DNA of 64,000 nucleotides from Octopus sinensis. Its lineage: Eukaryota. The stretch's first letter is position 1. Each line of letters begins with the position of its first letter. The notes under the pieces are model-generated. The model did no database searches and was not told where the DNA came from. It saw nothing but the letters and a program-made list of their open reading frames with translations. Location: NCBI RefSeq assembly GCF_006345805.1, contig NC_043014.1:46996001-47060000 (forward strand), read 5' to 3'. A program made the translations under genes and the position numbers. Below, in pieces: positions 22,471 to 35,849 of this stretch.

Positions 22471-24049
22471 ATATATATATATATAGGAAAAAAATTTCTT
22501 TCAAAAAGGTTAATAACATCCTGATAAAGGATTTTATAACTTTTTTTAAATAATTGTTTTTTAAAATCCCCTTTATACTTAAAAACTGTATTAAGTAATT
22601 TTCACAAAGACTTTCAGATATATGTGTATATATATGTATGTATGTATGTATGCATGTGTGTGTGTATGTATGTATGTATATATGTATGTGTGTGTATGTA
22701 TGTATGTGTGTGTGTGTGTGTATCTATGTATGTAGGTATGTATGTATGTATATATGTATGTGTGTGTATGTATGTATGTATATATGTATGTATGTATATG
22801 GTAAATGAAAAACAGAAGATGGAATATACGAGAATTTATTATTAATCATGACAGTTGTTTCGACATATCTAGCATCAATACCTCATGGGGTGGACACTTA
22901 ATAACTGGTTCAGGAGCATCCAGCAGTGCAGGTGTGTCTCATCACGTGATAAATAGACACAACTCATTAAAATAACAGTTCCGCAATATATCTTCTCATT
23001 TCGAAGGAAGAAAGCAGCAAAACGAAGGAAATATCTTCATTTACATAGAAGATCAAAAATAAGATCACAGGTGCTAAAAAAGGAAGCAAACATGCAATGC
23101 AGCATGCTGGTTTGGACATGTGATGAATATGAAAGATAGCAGATGTATGAAGAAGTGGTATATACTCAAAGGAATGAATAGAGTGCGTGTGTGTAGAGAG
23201 AGAGAAAACAAAATTATTTTATTCCACATGGGTAGAAATATAGGAAATACAGAAGTTGAAAATGAGAATAGTTAAAATATTTTTTTATTATTATATTTAA
23301 AGATTTAATCAGATTCACAGTTTACACTGATTTTCAAAAATTTGAAATGGAAAGACATGGCTTATGTCACAACTGTTTTGCTTCTGACTAGTGTTTGAAT
23401 CTTGTCCTATTTTTATAGGGAGTTCATGGCTCAAATTAGTATATGTTTTGAATAGGTTTTGATTGGTAGAGGATAGTCACATGACTGGTCTTAGAAATTT
23501 TTTTTAGGCTCCCCCGCTAGTATCAAGGGACAATGTTTAGCATGGTAAGTTAAGGCTGACACAGTTGACTGAACAAGTTTAGTGGTAGTACTAAAGATTC
23601 GATACTCTGAATGTTTGCTGTTAAGTGTTTGTAGAGAATGAACATGTGATTAAGTTTTGAACCTTCTGTATAAACACTGGAGTACAAATGAACTAAGAGA
23701 AATCTACACGTGGTAGGAATCAGATGCAGTGTGAAAGAAAAGACTGAGCTGGAACAGGTATGAGGTGTATATGGGGAGGGGGGAGACAGGTGTATAGAGA
23801 AGTGAAGGGTTGGTGTTAGTAAAGGTATGCAGCTGTAGAAGCCTTGCCTTGCTAAATGGAATAAATGGGTGAGGTTTGCACTTCCGACCACACATGGGCT
23901 GGCAGGAAACCAGACAAGAATTGACTCAGACTGTGACAACCCATCCAACAAATGCTAGCTGCTTGGATGACAATGATGATAATGATGGTGATGATGATGA
24001 TGGTGATGATGCTATATAAATATCCCTTAACTATCTGTTTAGCAACAGC

Positions 24050-24408
24050 TGCGGGCATGAAAAAAGCACCATCCAAACAGTCAATGCCAGCCCCCTCACC
24101 CCGACTGGCTCCTGTGCCGGTAGCATGTAAAAAGCACCATCTGAATGTGGCTGATGCTAGCACCTCCTTGACTGGCTCCCATGCTGGTGGCATGTAAAAG
24201 CACCATTCAAACATGGTCGATGCCAGCCCCCTCTGGCTCCCATACAAGTGGCACATAAAAAGCACCCAGTACACTCTCAGAGTGGTTGGCATTATGAAGG
24301 GCACCCAGCTGTAGAAAACACTGCCAGATCAGCCTAGAACCTGGTGCAGCCTCTTGGCTTCCCAGACCCCCAGCATGGAAAACAGACGTTAAACGATAAT
24401 GATGATGA
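24050..24408 (+). mobile_element. Repeat family E (ggcgttaggaagggcatccagc domain, internal ~45-bp repeats, (TGA)n tail; SINE-like, strand inferred from tail)
   Basis: Many copies: also 8126-8304(-), 8375-8484(+), 25978-26170(-), 55368-55545(+), 55550-55670(-). Confidence 0.65.
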
Positions 24409-24454
24409 CACAGTTAAATTACAGAAATGGGTGCTGACAATCATTTCACTGTGT

Positions 24455-24881
24455 ATAGGTGCAGGAGTGGCTCTGTGGTAAGTAGCTTGTTTACCAACCA
24501 CATGGTTCCGGGTTCATCCCACTGCGTGGCACCTTGGGCAAGTGTCTTCTACTATAGCCTCGGGCCAACCAAAGCCTTGTGAGTGGATTTGTGTATTTGG
24601 TAGACGGAAACTGAAAGAAGACCGTCGTATATATGTATATATATATATATATATATGTGTGTGCGTGTATGTTTGTGTGTCTGCGTTTGTCCCTCTAGCA
24701 TTGCTTGACAACTGATGCTGGTGTGTTTATGTCCCTGTCACTTAGCGGTTCGGCATAAGAGACTGATAGAATAAGTACTGGGCTTACAAAGAATAAGTCC
24801 CGGGGTCGAGTTGCTCGATTAAAGGTGGTGCTCCAGCATGGCCGCAGTCAAATGACTGAAACAAGTAAAAGAGTAAAGAGT
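24455..24881 (+). mobile_element. SINE family A
   Basis: Full-length copy, head ataggtgcaggagtggc. Confidence 0.85.
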
Positions 24882-25494
24882 AATATCACCTTGGACAAAC
24901 GCCTTCTACTTTGACCATGAGAAGAGCTTGGAAGCCAGAAGCTGTATGAAAGATTATTGTCTGCATGCACATTGGCGATGAAACCAGTGTCTTACAAACG
25001 CAGTTCCTTTGCATAAATACGCCATCAGAAATGTAGTGAACTATTGATTGGCTGCTTATTGGTTACCTGTTGAAAACCTTTAACTAACTACACCTTTGTC
25101 CATATACAATATATGTCATATACAATATATATATATATATATATGTATATATAAATCACAATATTCTACAATTTAATCTTTAATGAAAGATGTACATAAT
25201 ATACACATTAGAAATGGCATGGTGTGTGTGTATGTGTGTGCGCGTGCATGCATCTTTGTATATTTACATGCGTGTGTGTGTGTATATAGACTATGGATTG
25301 ACTGGGCATTCAAGTTTTGCTTTCAACAGCTTATTCAATCAGGCGACTGGTTGAATAAGCTATTAAAGGTGAAACTTGAAGCCCCAGTCAATCCAATATT
25401 AACAATAAGATTTTCTACTCAACTAAATGAATAGAATCCCACCATCAGTCAATGCTTTGTTGTCTTACAATAAATTTACCAACAATACCAAATA

Positions 25495-25597
25495 ACACAT
25501 GCACACACACACACATACACACACACACATACACACACACACATACACACACACACACATACACACACACACATACACACACACACACACCACACAC

Positions 25598-25633
<36 letters not shown>

Positions 25634-25642
25634 GTATATATG

Positions 25643-25678
<36 letters not shown>

Positions 25679-25853
25679 TACATACATATATATATACATA
25701 TATATATAATATACATACATATATATACATATATATATATACATACATACATATATACATATATATATATACATACATACAATATATATATATATATATA
25801 CATACATATAACACACACACACACACACCACACACATATATATATATATACAC

Positions 25854-25884
<31 letters not shown>

Positions 25885-25887
25885 CAC

Positions 25888-25919
<32 letters not shown>

Positions 25920-25980
25920 TCAGATATACATTGTGTACATATGTAAACATATATACTTATATACATGTGTGTGTGTATTA
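25495..25980. repeat. Long compound (CA)n/(TA)n/(TACA)n microsatellite
   Basis: Visible directly; similar tracts at 578-870, 1466-1527, 8571-8605, 22621-22798, 51722-51856. Confidence 0.9.
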
Positions 25981-26537
25981 TCATCATCATCATCATCATC
26001 CTCTAACATCCATCTGCTATGCTGGCATGGGTTGGCTGGTTCAACATGAACTGACAGGTCAGAAGATGTGTTGTGTTCCAATGTCTCCCTTGGCATGGTT
26101 TCTATGGCTGGATGCCCTTCCTAATGCCAACCACTTTACAAACTGTACTGGGGTATTTTTCATGGCACATACTATAAGTGAGATCCTCACGAAAAAAACC
26201 CCTCAACTGAGTGGGGGTACAGCAGAATGGGAGGCGGCTTTGTTAGCGAATGAAAGAAAGATCAAGACCAGTTTTGTTGGGTGTAGAGGAGTTATGTGGT
26301 TGCCTTACGTTGTATAAGTGTGGGTGAAGTAACTGAAGGAGATAAAGATGGTAACGGTGAGGTGTCAGAATGTGCCCCCAAGGGATAAGAAGGTGAATAG
26401 AAAGGAATGTGGGAGAGAAGATCATGAAGGGAGAGTGGGTGAGTAAAGGTTGAAAGAGTCTGTGAGGTAAGTAAAGGATGGTTAGAGAAGAATGTAGGGG
26501 TAAATGCAGTGAATGGTGAAGGAAGGGAGGGAGGAAT

Positions 26538-26805
26538 ATCATCATCATCATCATCATCGTTTAGCATCCACTTTCCATGCTAGCATGGGTTGGACGGTTC
26601 GACCGGGATCTGGGAAGCCAGAAGGCTGCACCAGGCCCAGTCTGATCTGGCTGTTTCTACGGCTGGATGCCCTTCCTAACGCCAACCACTCCATGAGTGT
26701 AGTGGGTGCCTTTTACGTGCCACCGGCAGAGGTGCCAGATGAGGCTGGCAACGGCCACGATCGGATGGTGCTTTTTACATGCCACTGGCACGGAGGCAGT
26801 CGGGG
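26538..26805 (-). mobile_element. Repeat family E
   Basis: catcatcatcgtttagcatccactttccatgctagcatggg... homologous to other copies. Confidence 0.7.
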
Positions 26806-27185
26806 CGATGGTAAATATGAGTTGAAGGAAGATGATAAGAATGAGGAATGGATATCAATAGAAGTGACTCAAGGGTGAGGAGGTGATGACTGGCATTAGA
26901 GAAAGGATGAAGAGTAGCAGAATAATGATAAAACAGTAGGTAAAGGAGGTAAAGATGAGAGAGGGGGCTATGGCAGTCAGAGATGGGTGAGTAAAGAGCG
27001 CAAGAGTGGGAGACTGAGAGACAAGTGGAAGAGGTCAGAGATATGGGTGGTGAACAAGAGTGGAGGGTAGTTGATTGTAGATATGAGGCAATGTTAAGAA
27101 TAAGGTATGGGTGTCTAAGGCGGTGAGCAGGCAGAAACGTTAGCATGCTGGACGAAATGCTAAGTGGTATTTCGTCTGTCTTCAA

Positions 27186-28330
27186 GAGAGTATCAGTTGT
27201 GCTTCTCCCTCGTACAAAACCAAACAGCATCCCATCTAGGCTAACTGTCTTCCTAATTAATTGAGCTGTAACTCTTTCCATGACGTTCATGACTTGGTCT
27301 AGCAATTTGATTTCTCTGTAGAGAATCAAAATCAAAATCGATCAATATCAATGGAAATTGTAGCCGTGATACCAGTGCCGGTGGCACGTAAGCGAACCAT
27401 CTGAATGTGGCCGTTGCCAGAGCCACCCCGACAGGCCTCCGTGCCGGTGGCACATAAAAAGCACCATCCAATCATGGCCGTTGCCAGCCTCGCCTGGCAC
27501 CTGTGCTGGTGGCACATAAAAAGCACCATCCAATCGTGGCCGTTTGCCAGCCTCGCCTGGCACCTGTACCAGTGGCATGTAAAAAGCACCCACTACATTC
27601 ACGGAGTGGTTGGCGTTAGGAAGGGCATCCAGCCGTATAAACATTGCCAGATCAGACTGGGCCTGGTGCAGCCTTCTGGCTTCCCAGACCCCAGATGAAC
27701 CATCCAACCCATGCTAGCATGGAAAGCAGACACTAAATGATGATGATGATGATGTAATTACTTCTCTGTAAGGCATCTCTTTCACTCCTGCAACAACTGA
27801 CTATAATGCTGCTAAACCAGTCACTGGTCATAACACCTTCATGATTCACAATGCTGGTAGCAAGGCTTTATCCTACCCTACCAAATATTTTAGCATCTCA
27901 GCAATAATTCCTTATGGCCCAGGGACTTTTCCTGTCTTCATATCCTTAATTGCTTTATCTATCATAATACTGATGGTTGATCCTTCCATCAGTTTCCCAT
28001 CCGGAAGACTCTCTTTTTCCCATTCTTTGTCCACATTCAGCAGCCTTTCATAGCAGCACTTCCATGCCTCTGTCCTTTCAGAATCACTAAGTGCAGCTGT
28101 ACCATTATCCATCCATATACAATTTTCTCCCACATCTCAATTTTCCAATGCATCGTTTTGCAATCTGGAATGCCTCCTACCTGTGGTCCTCTGAAACATT
28201 GGCAAACCTCTTTTTTTCTGCTTCTCCCCTTTCAAAATAAACGTATTGTCTAGCTTCTTTTCTAATTACCTTATATAGTTCTCTCTTTCCCTCAGGCTGT
28301 CTCTGTATCAGTACTAAGTACAGCAGCTTA
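27186..28330 (-). mobile_element. RTE-clade LINE RT fragment interrupted by a SINE-E copy
   Basis: YREIKLLDQVMNVMERV...FGFVRGRSTTD and IDKAIKDMKTGKVPGP; the SINE at 27321-27753 is flanked by a duplicated ttctctgta. Confidence 0.75.
27321..27753 (+). mobile_element. Repeat family E inserted in RTE fragment
   Basis: Flanked by duplicated ttctctgta. Confidence 0.75.
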
Positions 28331-28506
28331 ATTTTACCTGAATACTCTTCTTGCAGTTACTCTACGGGAAAGAGAGCATCAGTTGTGCTTCTCCCTCGTA
28401 CAAAACCAAACAGCATCTCATCTAGGCTAACAGTCTTCCTAATTGATTGAGCTGTTACTCTTTCCATGACGTTCATGACTTGGTCTAGCAATTTGATTTC
28501 TCTGTA

Positions 28507-28876
28507 GAGAATCAGAATCAAAATCGAAATCGATCAACATCAATGGAAATTGTAGCCGTGATACCAGTGCTGGTGGCACGTAAGCGAACCATCCGAACAT
28601 GGCCATTGCCAGAGCCACCCCGACGGGCCTCCGTGCCGGTGGCACGTAAAAAGTACCAACCGATCGTGGCCGTTACCAGCCTCGCCTGGCACTTGTGCTG
28701 GTGGTACGTAAAAAGCACCCACTACACTCACGGAGTGGTTGGCGTTAGGAAGGGCATCCAGCCATAGAAACATTGCCAGATCAGACTGGGCCTGGTGCAG
28801 CCTTCTGGCTTCCCAGACCCCAGATGAACCATCCAACCCATGCTAGCATGGAAAGCAGACGCTAAATGATGATGAT
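28507..28876 (+). mobile_element. Repeat family E (in duplicated segment; fewer internal repeats)
   Basis: Same junctions as 27321-27753. Confidence 0.75.
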
Positions 28877-29209
28877 GTAATTATTTCTCTGTAAGGCATC
28901 TCTTTCACTCCTGCAACAACTGATTATAATGCTGCTAAACCAGTCACTGGTCATAACACCGTCATGATTCACAATGCTGGTTGCAAGGCTTTATCCTACC
29001 CAACTAAATATTTTAGCATCTCAGCAATAATTCCTTATGGCCCAGAGACTTTTCCTGTCTTCATATCCTTAATTGCTTTATCTATAATACTGCCTCCTAG
29101 AATGGTTGATCCTTCCATCAGTTTCCCATCAAGAAGACTCTCTTTTTCCCATTCTTTGTCCACATTTAGCAGCCTTTCATAGTAGCACTTCCATGCCTCT
29201 TTCCTTCTG

Positions 29210-29532
29210 TTTTAGGGTTAGGGTTAGGGGCTGGGGGAAGGGTATCTTTTTTTTCTTCAGAAATGTAAATAAACCCAATCTGTTTTTTAAACGAGGGACA
29301 TATTCATACGGCACAGAATGTTTTTATTTACCTCAATAGACGTCAGTGATTGGTTGAAATTGCAGAAATTGAAGTAAAAAAAACAGCAAATATCTTACAA
29401 ACTATAGAATTTTCTCAATAAAGCCAAGAGAAAAAGATGTTTTATAAACACATTCTACCAGTATACGAAGTTTAAAAGTGTTTAGTTACCTAGAAAGTAT
29501 TTTAAAAAACTGCCGGTCAAACCGAAAAGATC
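29210..29532 (-). mobile_element. Truncated copy of the same MITE family
   Basis: Reverse complement of ~12416-12735; one TIR ending gaaaagatcc; stops at the TTAGGG tract. Confidence 0.8.
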
Positions 29533-29785
29533 CCAAAACAATTTGAATAAATAAACATTACATTTGGCAATAATCTGAAGCCTAACGGATTAGACTGATG
29601 TGAAACAGTCTTACCAGACATTTCCCTTTGCGAGTTCCTCATACATGATAAGTAACTTATCTAAGGGGCGCAACTCTGAGTTTCCCCATTTCTAGTCATT
29701 TCCTCTTCGGCTTCTAAATATTGATGGATTTTGTGGTTTGGCAGTGAAGTTACTTCTCTTGGGAAATAGTTTAATTCTTATATTA

Positions 29786-29987
29786 TTGCAGCGTGGAAAG
29801 GTGTTTAGGAAAAGATCCGGTGTTTATAAGCCATTTAAGAAATTACGCAAAAACCGTTAGATTCACTTCAACATTTAAATTTAATTTGCCAAAATATTTT
29901 CATCGCTTTGAGGCCGCGACCTTTTCACTGACAAAATTCCGGTTCTTTTGTTTCTTAAATGCCTTATAAACACCTTCCGCGCTACAA
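29786..29987. mobile_element. Short MITE (~33-bp imperfect TIRs) carrying an 11-bp transposon remnant in its left TIR
   Basis: ttgcagcgtggaaaggtgttt[..]ataagccatttaag versus reverse complement of cttaaatgccttataaacaccttccgcgctacaa. Confidence 0.6.
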
Positions 29988-30174
29988 CTGTTTTCGTTCC
30001 AGCACACGATGTTAGATCAGGTCACTTGCTATGCAAGTACATCTCCGTAATTTTTCATATTATTGTTATTGAATAATTTATGAAATTTGCTGGTTAATCC
30101 AGACTGTATCTCTCTCTCTCTCTCTCTCTCTTCTGCAAGTTAATTTTTTTCCATTGTTTGCGGTGAGTGGTTTT

Positions 30175-30375
30175 CAGTGGTTTTCAACCAGGGTTCCGCC
30201 AGTACAGTCCAGGGGTTCCGCAAGAAGTTACAAACCTGCTAAAATCGGCAGTAATTTTTAATTCTCCTGTGCAGATATTTGTGCATAAGACTATTAAATT
30301 ATTGCACAGGGGTTCTTCGAGCCAGTGGAATGTTTCCTTGGGGTTCCGCTCCTGCAAAAATGTTGAAATGTACTG
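30175..30375. mobile_element. Possible hAT-like MITE
   Basis: cagtggttttcaacc ... tgttgaaatgtactg imperfect TIRs; no TSD found. Confidence 0.4.
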
Positions 30376-30685
30376 GTCTAATTGTACATGTCTCCCACCC
30401 CATATCTATTTGTTTCATGAGAAGAGAGACCCTAACCCTAACTTCACCCCACTCCCCCGATACATCTACCTATTGCATCATGCATTTTTTAAATAACATT
30501 TGATGAATGGTTGCACTCAGCACGTACGTAGAATAGACTGATTAGCTTTATAGGAGTTGTGGGTTAAACTTGTTAAAGGGAGCGTTTCTCTCCATGAGCA
30601 TGTCAGCCGTTGCCCCACTCCAGCTCTTGGAAACCATGAAGTTTTTTTTACTATGCCTCACTCAGGAGAGATAAGTTCTCACACC

Positions 30686-31080
30686 TAGGCGTGGGAGTGG
30701 CTGTGTAGTAAGTGAGCTTGCTTATGAACCACATAGTTCCAGGTTCAGTCTGGCTGCGTGGCACCTTGGGCAAGTGTCTTCTACTAAAGCCTTGGGCTGA
30801 CCAAAGCTTTGGGAGTGGATTTGGTAGACGGAAACTGAAAGAAGCCCGTGGTATATATGTATATATATATGTGTCCGTGTGTATATATGTTTGTGTGTTT
30901 GTCCCCCAACATCGCTTGACAACCGATTCTGGTGTGTTTACGTTCCCCGTAACTTAGCGGTTCGGCAAAGGACACCGATAGAATAAATACTAGGCTTACA
31001 AAGATCGATTTGCTCGACTAAAGGCGGTGCTCCAGCATGGCCACAGTCAAATGGCTGAAACAATTAAAAGAGTAAAAGAG
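30686..31080 (+). mobile_element. SINE family A (diverged)
   Basis: Full-length, more substitutions, small internal deletion. Confidence 0.8.
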
Positions 31081-31594
31081 ATCTCTGCAAACAAGGCCTC
31101 GTCAGTAAAACTATATTTGTTGCTACTGAATAATGTGTGTGCACAGTTCCTATGATGCAAGATACTCTATGGTACCAGGATCCTTTCCACGGTACCATCA
31201 GCAGACTGCACATTTCTACTGAAAGACCAGTCGACAACAGTAGGAAAACTTCACCCAGGGGATTCAGAAATCCTGGAGGAATTTTGTGAAGTGTTCGACC
31301 ACCACCACCTTTGCTACCATGAAAAATTTAAAAACAAGAAATCTTCTAAGCCAAGCAATATTCCAACAGAGATACTGTAGGGGGATGGTTGCCTTTGTAC
31401 AAGAGTTTTACATAAGAGAAGCGGGTAACAAGGAAATATTTTCTCCAGTATGGAAAACATGCTGACATCGTCGAAGCGTAGAAAAACAAGGGAGGCAAAT
31501 CTGTATGGTACTATTGTCTTTTGCTGGGACGTTACTGGTTCAATGGATATCTGGAAAATGTTACTGTATGGCTTGTTCAGGGAGCAAGACTGTA

Positions 31595-32249
31595 TACTCT
31601 TTTACTCTCTTTTACTCTTTTACTTGTTTCAGTCATTTGACTGCGGCCATGCTGGAGCACCGCCTTTAGTCGAACAAATCGATCCCGGGACTTATTCTTT
31701 GTAAGCCCAGTACTTAGAATAACTTAGAATAACTTAGAAAGGTTTTTGGCCAGTATTGGCCCAGGCCATGTCTAACTTAATAGCACCACCTGGCGAAGTC
31801 TTTCAGTTCAGGATTTGGGCACCAAGGCCCATTCGAGCAGAGAGTTATTATTTGCGGAGACATATCCGGGTGTGGGTGGTTTGTCCGGTACTGTTTGAAG
31901 GAATTTGTCCAAAGACTTCTTGAATTTTTGAAGAAATTTGTCCAAAGACTTATTCTATCGGTCTCTTTTTGCCGAACCGCTAAGTGACGGGGACGTAAAC
32001 ACACCAGCATCGGTTGTCAAGCGATGCTGGGGAAACAAACACAGACACATACACACACGTATATATATATATATATACATATATACGACGGGCTTCTTTC
32101 AGTTTCCGCCTACCAAATCCACTCACAAGGCTTTGGTCGGCCCGAGGCTATAGTAGAAGACACTTGCCCAAGATGCCACGCAGTGGGACTGAACCCGGAA
32201 CCATGTGGTTGGTAAGCAAGCTACTTACCACACAGCCACTCCTGCGCCT
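31595..32249 (-). mobile_element. SINE family A with nested LINE fragment
   Basis: Colinear with other copies once 31717-31952 is removed. Confidence 0.85.
31717..31947 (-). mobile_element. 5'-truncated non-LTR retrotransposon 3' end nested in a SINE-A copy
   Basis: Minus frame FKKSLDKFLQTVPDKPPTPGY...NSLLEW*, tail (TAAGTTATTC)2, flanked by actta at 31712-16 and 31948-52. Confidence 0.65.
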
Positions 32250-32384
32250 CTGACTCTTGCACTATTTGATATCTTCCTAACAAGAAGACAGGAGTCACTA
32301 TTAACTTCCGACTTGACCGGAATCTTTTCAATATGAGAAGTGTGCACATTGCAATCACACTCAGATCATTGACTACTCTGCTCT

Positions 32385-32618
32385 TATTTCTTTACTGCCC
32401 ACAAGGGGCTAAACATAGAAGGGGACAAACAAGGACAGACAAAGGGATTAAGCCGATTACATCGACCCCAGTGCGTAACTGGTACTTATTTAATCGACCC
32501 CGAAAGGATGAATGGCAAAGTCGACCTCGGCGGAATTTGAACTCAGAACGTAACGGCAGATGAAATACGGCTACGCATTTCGCCCGGTGTGTTAACGTTT
32601 CTGCCAGCTCGCCGCCTT
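32385..32618 (-). mobile_element. SINE family D
   Basis: 13-bp TSD actactctgctct (32372-84, 32619-31). Confidence 0.85.
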
Positions 32619-33615
32619 ACTACTCTGCTCTGCTCTGCTCTGATAACTCACACACTAAAAGCCCATCATAGCAACAGCTATTACAGCATATGCAAAAATG
32701 CATTTGCCAGTCAATGCGCAGAAAGCTGGGGTCACTTGTCAAATACACACTGCGACACACTCTCCTCACTGCTTTCTTGGTATGGCTAGCCACGTCTTTC
32801 CACTTCTAACAGAGTCTTTTCTCTTAATATACACTGGATGAAGAGGTTCTGTAAAACCCCAAAAAGGCTCAGAAATTGGTTCTTTATAAACAACTATCTC
32901 ATCCTCTATACTAGAGTTTTCGCCTATCAGGCAATCTGTTTTTCCATTCTCTTATATTGATGCAAGACATGGATCACATGCAGTCAACACAGTAAGGCCT
33001 TTGGGGTCTTTATAACATCCAGTCTCTACAGAAGATTATTTCCGATGGGGTTATATACTCCCAAATCCTCTGTCGAAGCAACAGCAACCAGATTGAATTT
33101 GTGCTGTGCAGGGCACAGACATGTGGTAAGCATGTCAGACTCTACATCCACCCTGTGGGACTCTCTGTGGTTATCATTAGCTAGAGGCTCAGGGCCCACT
33201 TTAAAGAGGACCAGAAGCAACCCTTCAAGAGGGGAAGCCATCGTTACCCATTCCAACCCCTCACTGTTAGAAAAACACTCAGAATTTCCAGGAAAAGATA
33301 GAAATGAGTCAAGCACATCATTACGCTTGGTTACTCCAACCAACCATTTACATCTCCAATCTGGAACTGAAGCTGTACATTGATTATTCAAGCCCAGTGG
33401 GGAGCAACCTAGTATTGGACACAGCATCCACCACAGCCGTTTGAGTGAGTACAGGTTGCCATAGAATGGTGACTGAAGATCAACATCCCATAACAAAAAA
33501 TGGGACCAGTGTAACTACACTCAAATCTTATAGCTTCACAAGTCACACATAGAACCAATTCACTTCAGAGTCCCACTGCGAAATTTGGAGAAAAAAACTC
33601 AAATATAAGAATTTT

Positions 33616-34144
33616 ATAATAATAATACTAATAATAATGAAATTATTGTATACAGTGCTCAAGTGCACCACAACTTGTCAAAAGTGCATATAAAGCATAT
33701 GCAGTAATGTACAAATGTCTGGAGAAGGAACAGTGTATGAGTCAGATACATGCCTGCATGTGTATGGAGGGGAGAAAATCAGGTGTAGTGTTGGCAAATC
33801 TCAGGAAGCATGGAAGTTTTGAAGGATGCAGTGCTCCGACAACTAACAACTGATGCCGGCAGTTTGTTCCATGCTTCAGCAACTCTTAGCGTGAAAAAAT
33901 GTTTTTGAAAGTCATGGGAGCTGTGCTGTTTTCTGACTTTGTAAACATGTCCACAGGTGTTAGACAGGTGGAGTTTGAAAAGGTGCTCAGAGTTATTGTT
34001 TGTAAGATGGTTAATAATTTTATGGGTGTCTGCCAAGTCAGCTGCCAGACGTCAGAGTTTCAATGTATCCATGCCCAGGGAAGTAAGGCGTTCAGAATAT
34101 GGCAAATGCCTGATGGAGAGTATTCTCTTGATTGCACATCGCTG
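33616..34144 (-). mobile_element. CR1-like LINE 3' fragment
   Basis: Track ORF 33779-34036 ([15 protein letters not shown]); colinear with 20227-20760. Confidence 0.8.
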
Positions 34145-35115
34145 AACAGCTTCCAGACAATTAATATCCTTAGCAAGGTAGGGATTCCAGACCAGTGATG
34201 CAAATTCCAGGTGAGGTCGTGTAAAAAAAATATATTAAATGTATATGCTCTATACACCTTCTTTAGTTTTTTATCTAATTTTCAAATCTGTTTAAAGTCA
34301 ATTTAATCTAGAAGAGATTGTCTTCCCTGTTATGGTTAACCACCAAGGGCACAGCACATCACGTGTTCAAATTTAGAAGTTGGTCATAAAAGAAAGCCAA
34401 GAGATAGCAATAAAAAATTTTAATGTTTGATGATTGAGAATGATATATGAGGCTACCAGTTTAAAAATTTTATTAAAACTGGACCTGTTCACGATCAATA
34501 AAGAAGAAGAAGCAGAATGCATAACAGAGAAAACAAGGTGAACACTGGATTTTGAACCCTGTTAACCCTTTGTTTACCAAATCCATTTTGTGCCATATTT
34601 CTTTTGTGTACCAACAGTCTAATTTTGTTATAAATTATGTGCTTTTTAAATTTTTTAAGCATATATTTCTTCTAGTTCACCATATAAACTACCACATTGA
34701 TTTATAGCATGTGTATAGAACAAATATTATAGTCATTCTGTGCAGCAGGGGTTAACCAGTGACACACATGTTAAAAGTGTTAAAATGTCCATTATATTTG
34801 CATTTATGGATTGTTTTTTGTTTGTTCTGGGGGTTGTGTCTTTTCATTCATTCTGTTTATTCATTTTTTTTTTTTTTTTACAATACATTATATTTCAGAT
34901 TATGGTTTCTTTTTCAAAAAAGCATTATTTTATGGAGAACAGAATTCCAATGATGGAGTTGACAGTGATTTTCGCCCTTCCTACCAGGTCCTATCTCAGC
35001 TTCTGCTATTTCAAATGGAAAACCATCTAAAAACAAAAAATACAACGAAACATGAGTTCTGTATATTTCCTAGAATTCAGATAATGTTGTTTGAACCACA
35101 ATAATATCAGGCTAA

Positions 35116-35524
35116 CTCTCTTACTCTTTTACTTGTTTCAGTCATTTGACTGTGGCCATGCTGTAGCACTGCTTTTAAAGTCGAGCAAATTGACCCCAGA
35201 GCTTATTCTTTGTAAGCCTAGTACTTATTCTATCAGTCTCTTTTGCCGAACCACTAAGTTACGGGGATGCAAACACACCAGCATCGGTTGTTAAGCGATG
35301 CTGGGGGGACAAACAGACACACAAACATACACACACACAAACATACACACATACATATACATATACAACGGGCTTCTTTCAGTTTCTGTCTACCAAATCC
35401 ACTCACAAGGCTTTGGTCGGCCCGAGGCTATAGTAGAAGTCACTTGCCCAAGGTGCCACACAGTGGGACTGAATCCGAGACCATGTGGCTGGTAAGCAAG
35501 CTACTTACCACATAGCCACTCCTG
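35116..35524 (-). mobile_element. SINE family A
   Basis: Near full-length copy. Confidence 0.85.
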
Positions 35525-35849
35525 GAGTCACTGGTGACTCTCATAGTATATTATGAACATAGCGTTGGGAGTCACAGTGAGTCCCATTGTGGGCAAAGTT
35601 TTAAATGACTATCACATTAAATAGATCCAGAAATTGCCAACTGTATGTCCAGATTACAACATCACACATCTCTGGCACTGCACATCTAATCCTGCTCCTC
35701 TAAATATACTAGAACTAGGAAAATATTGTCTCTGTTACCCATTATATCCAGATCAGAGACATCAAAGCTAATGTAATGTGTTGCGAACAAAGAGAAATCA
35801 ATATTTTGAACAATGGTCCTTCATCAAGAAGTTGAAACCTGTTTTAATT

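Larger units (their letters stand above)
27186..29200. repeat. Local direct duplication (27186-28071 vs 28372-29200) of the RTE+SINE-E segment
   Basis: Same unique junctions (LINE/SINE boundaries, TSD) in both copies, which start ~1.19 kb apart. Confidence 0.85.

Noticed and set aside
34566-34751. TTAA|CCC...GGG|TTAA as a piggyBac MITE
   Set aside because: Inverted match is limited to ~3-4 bp; not enough support.
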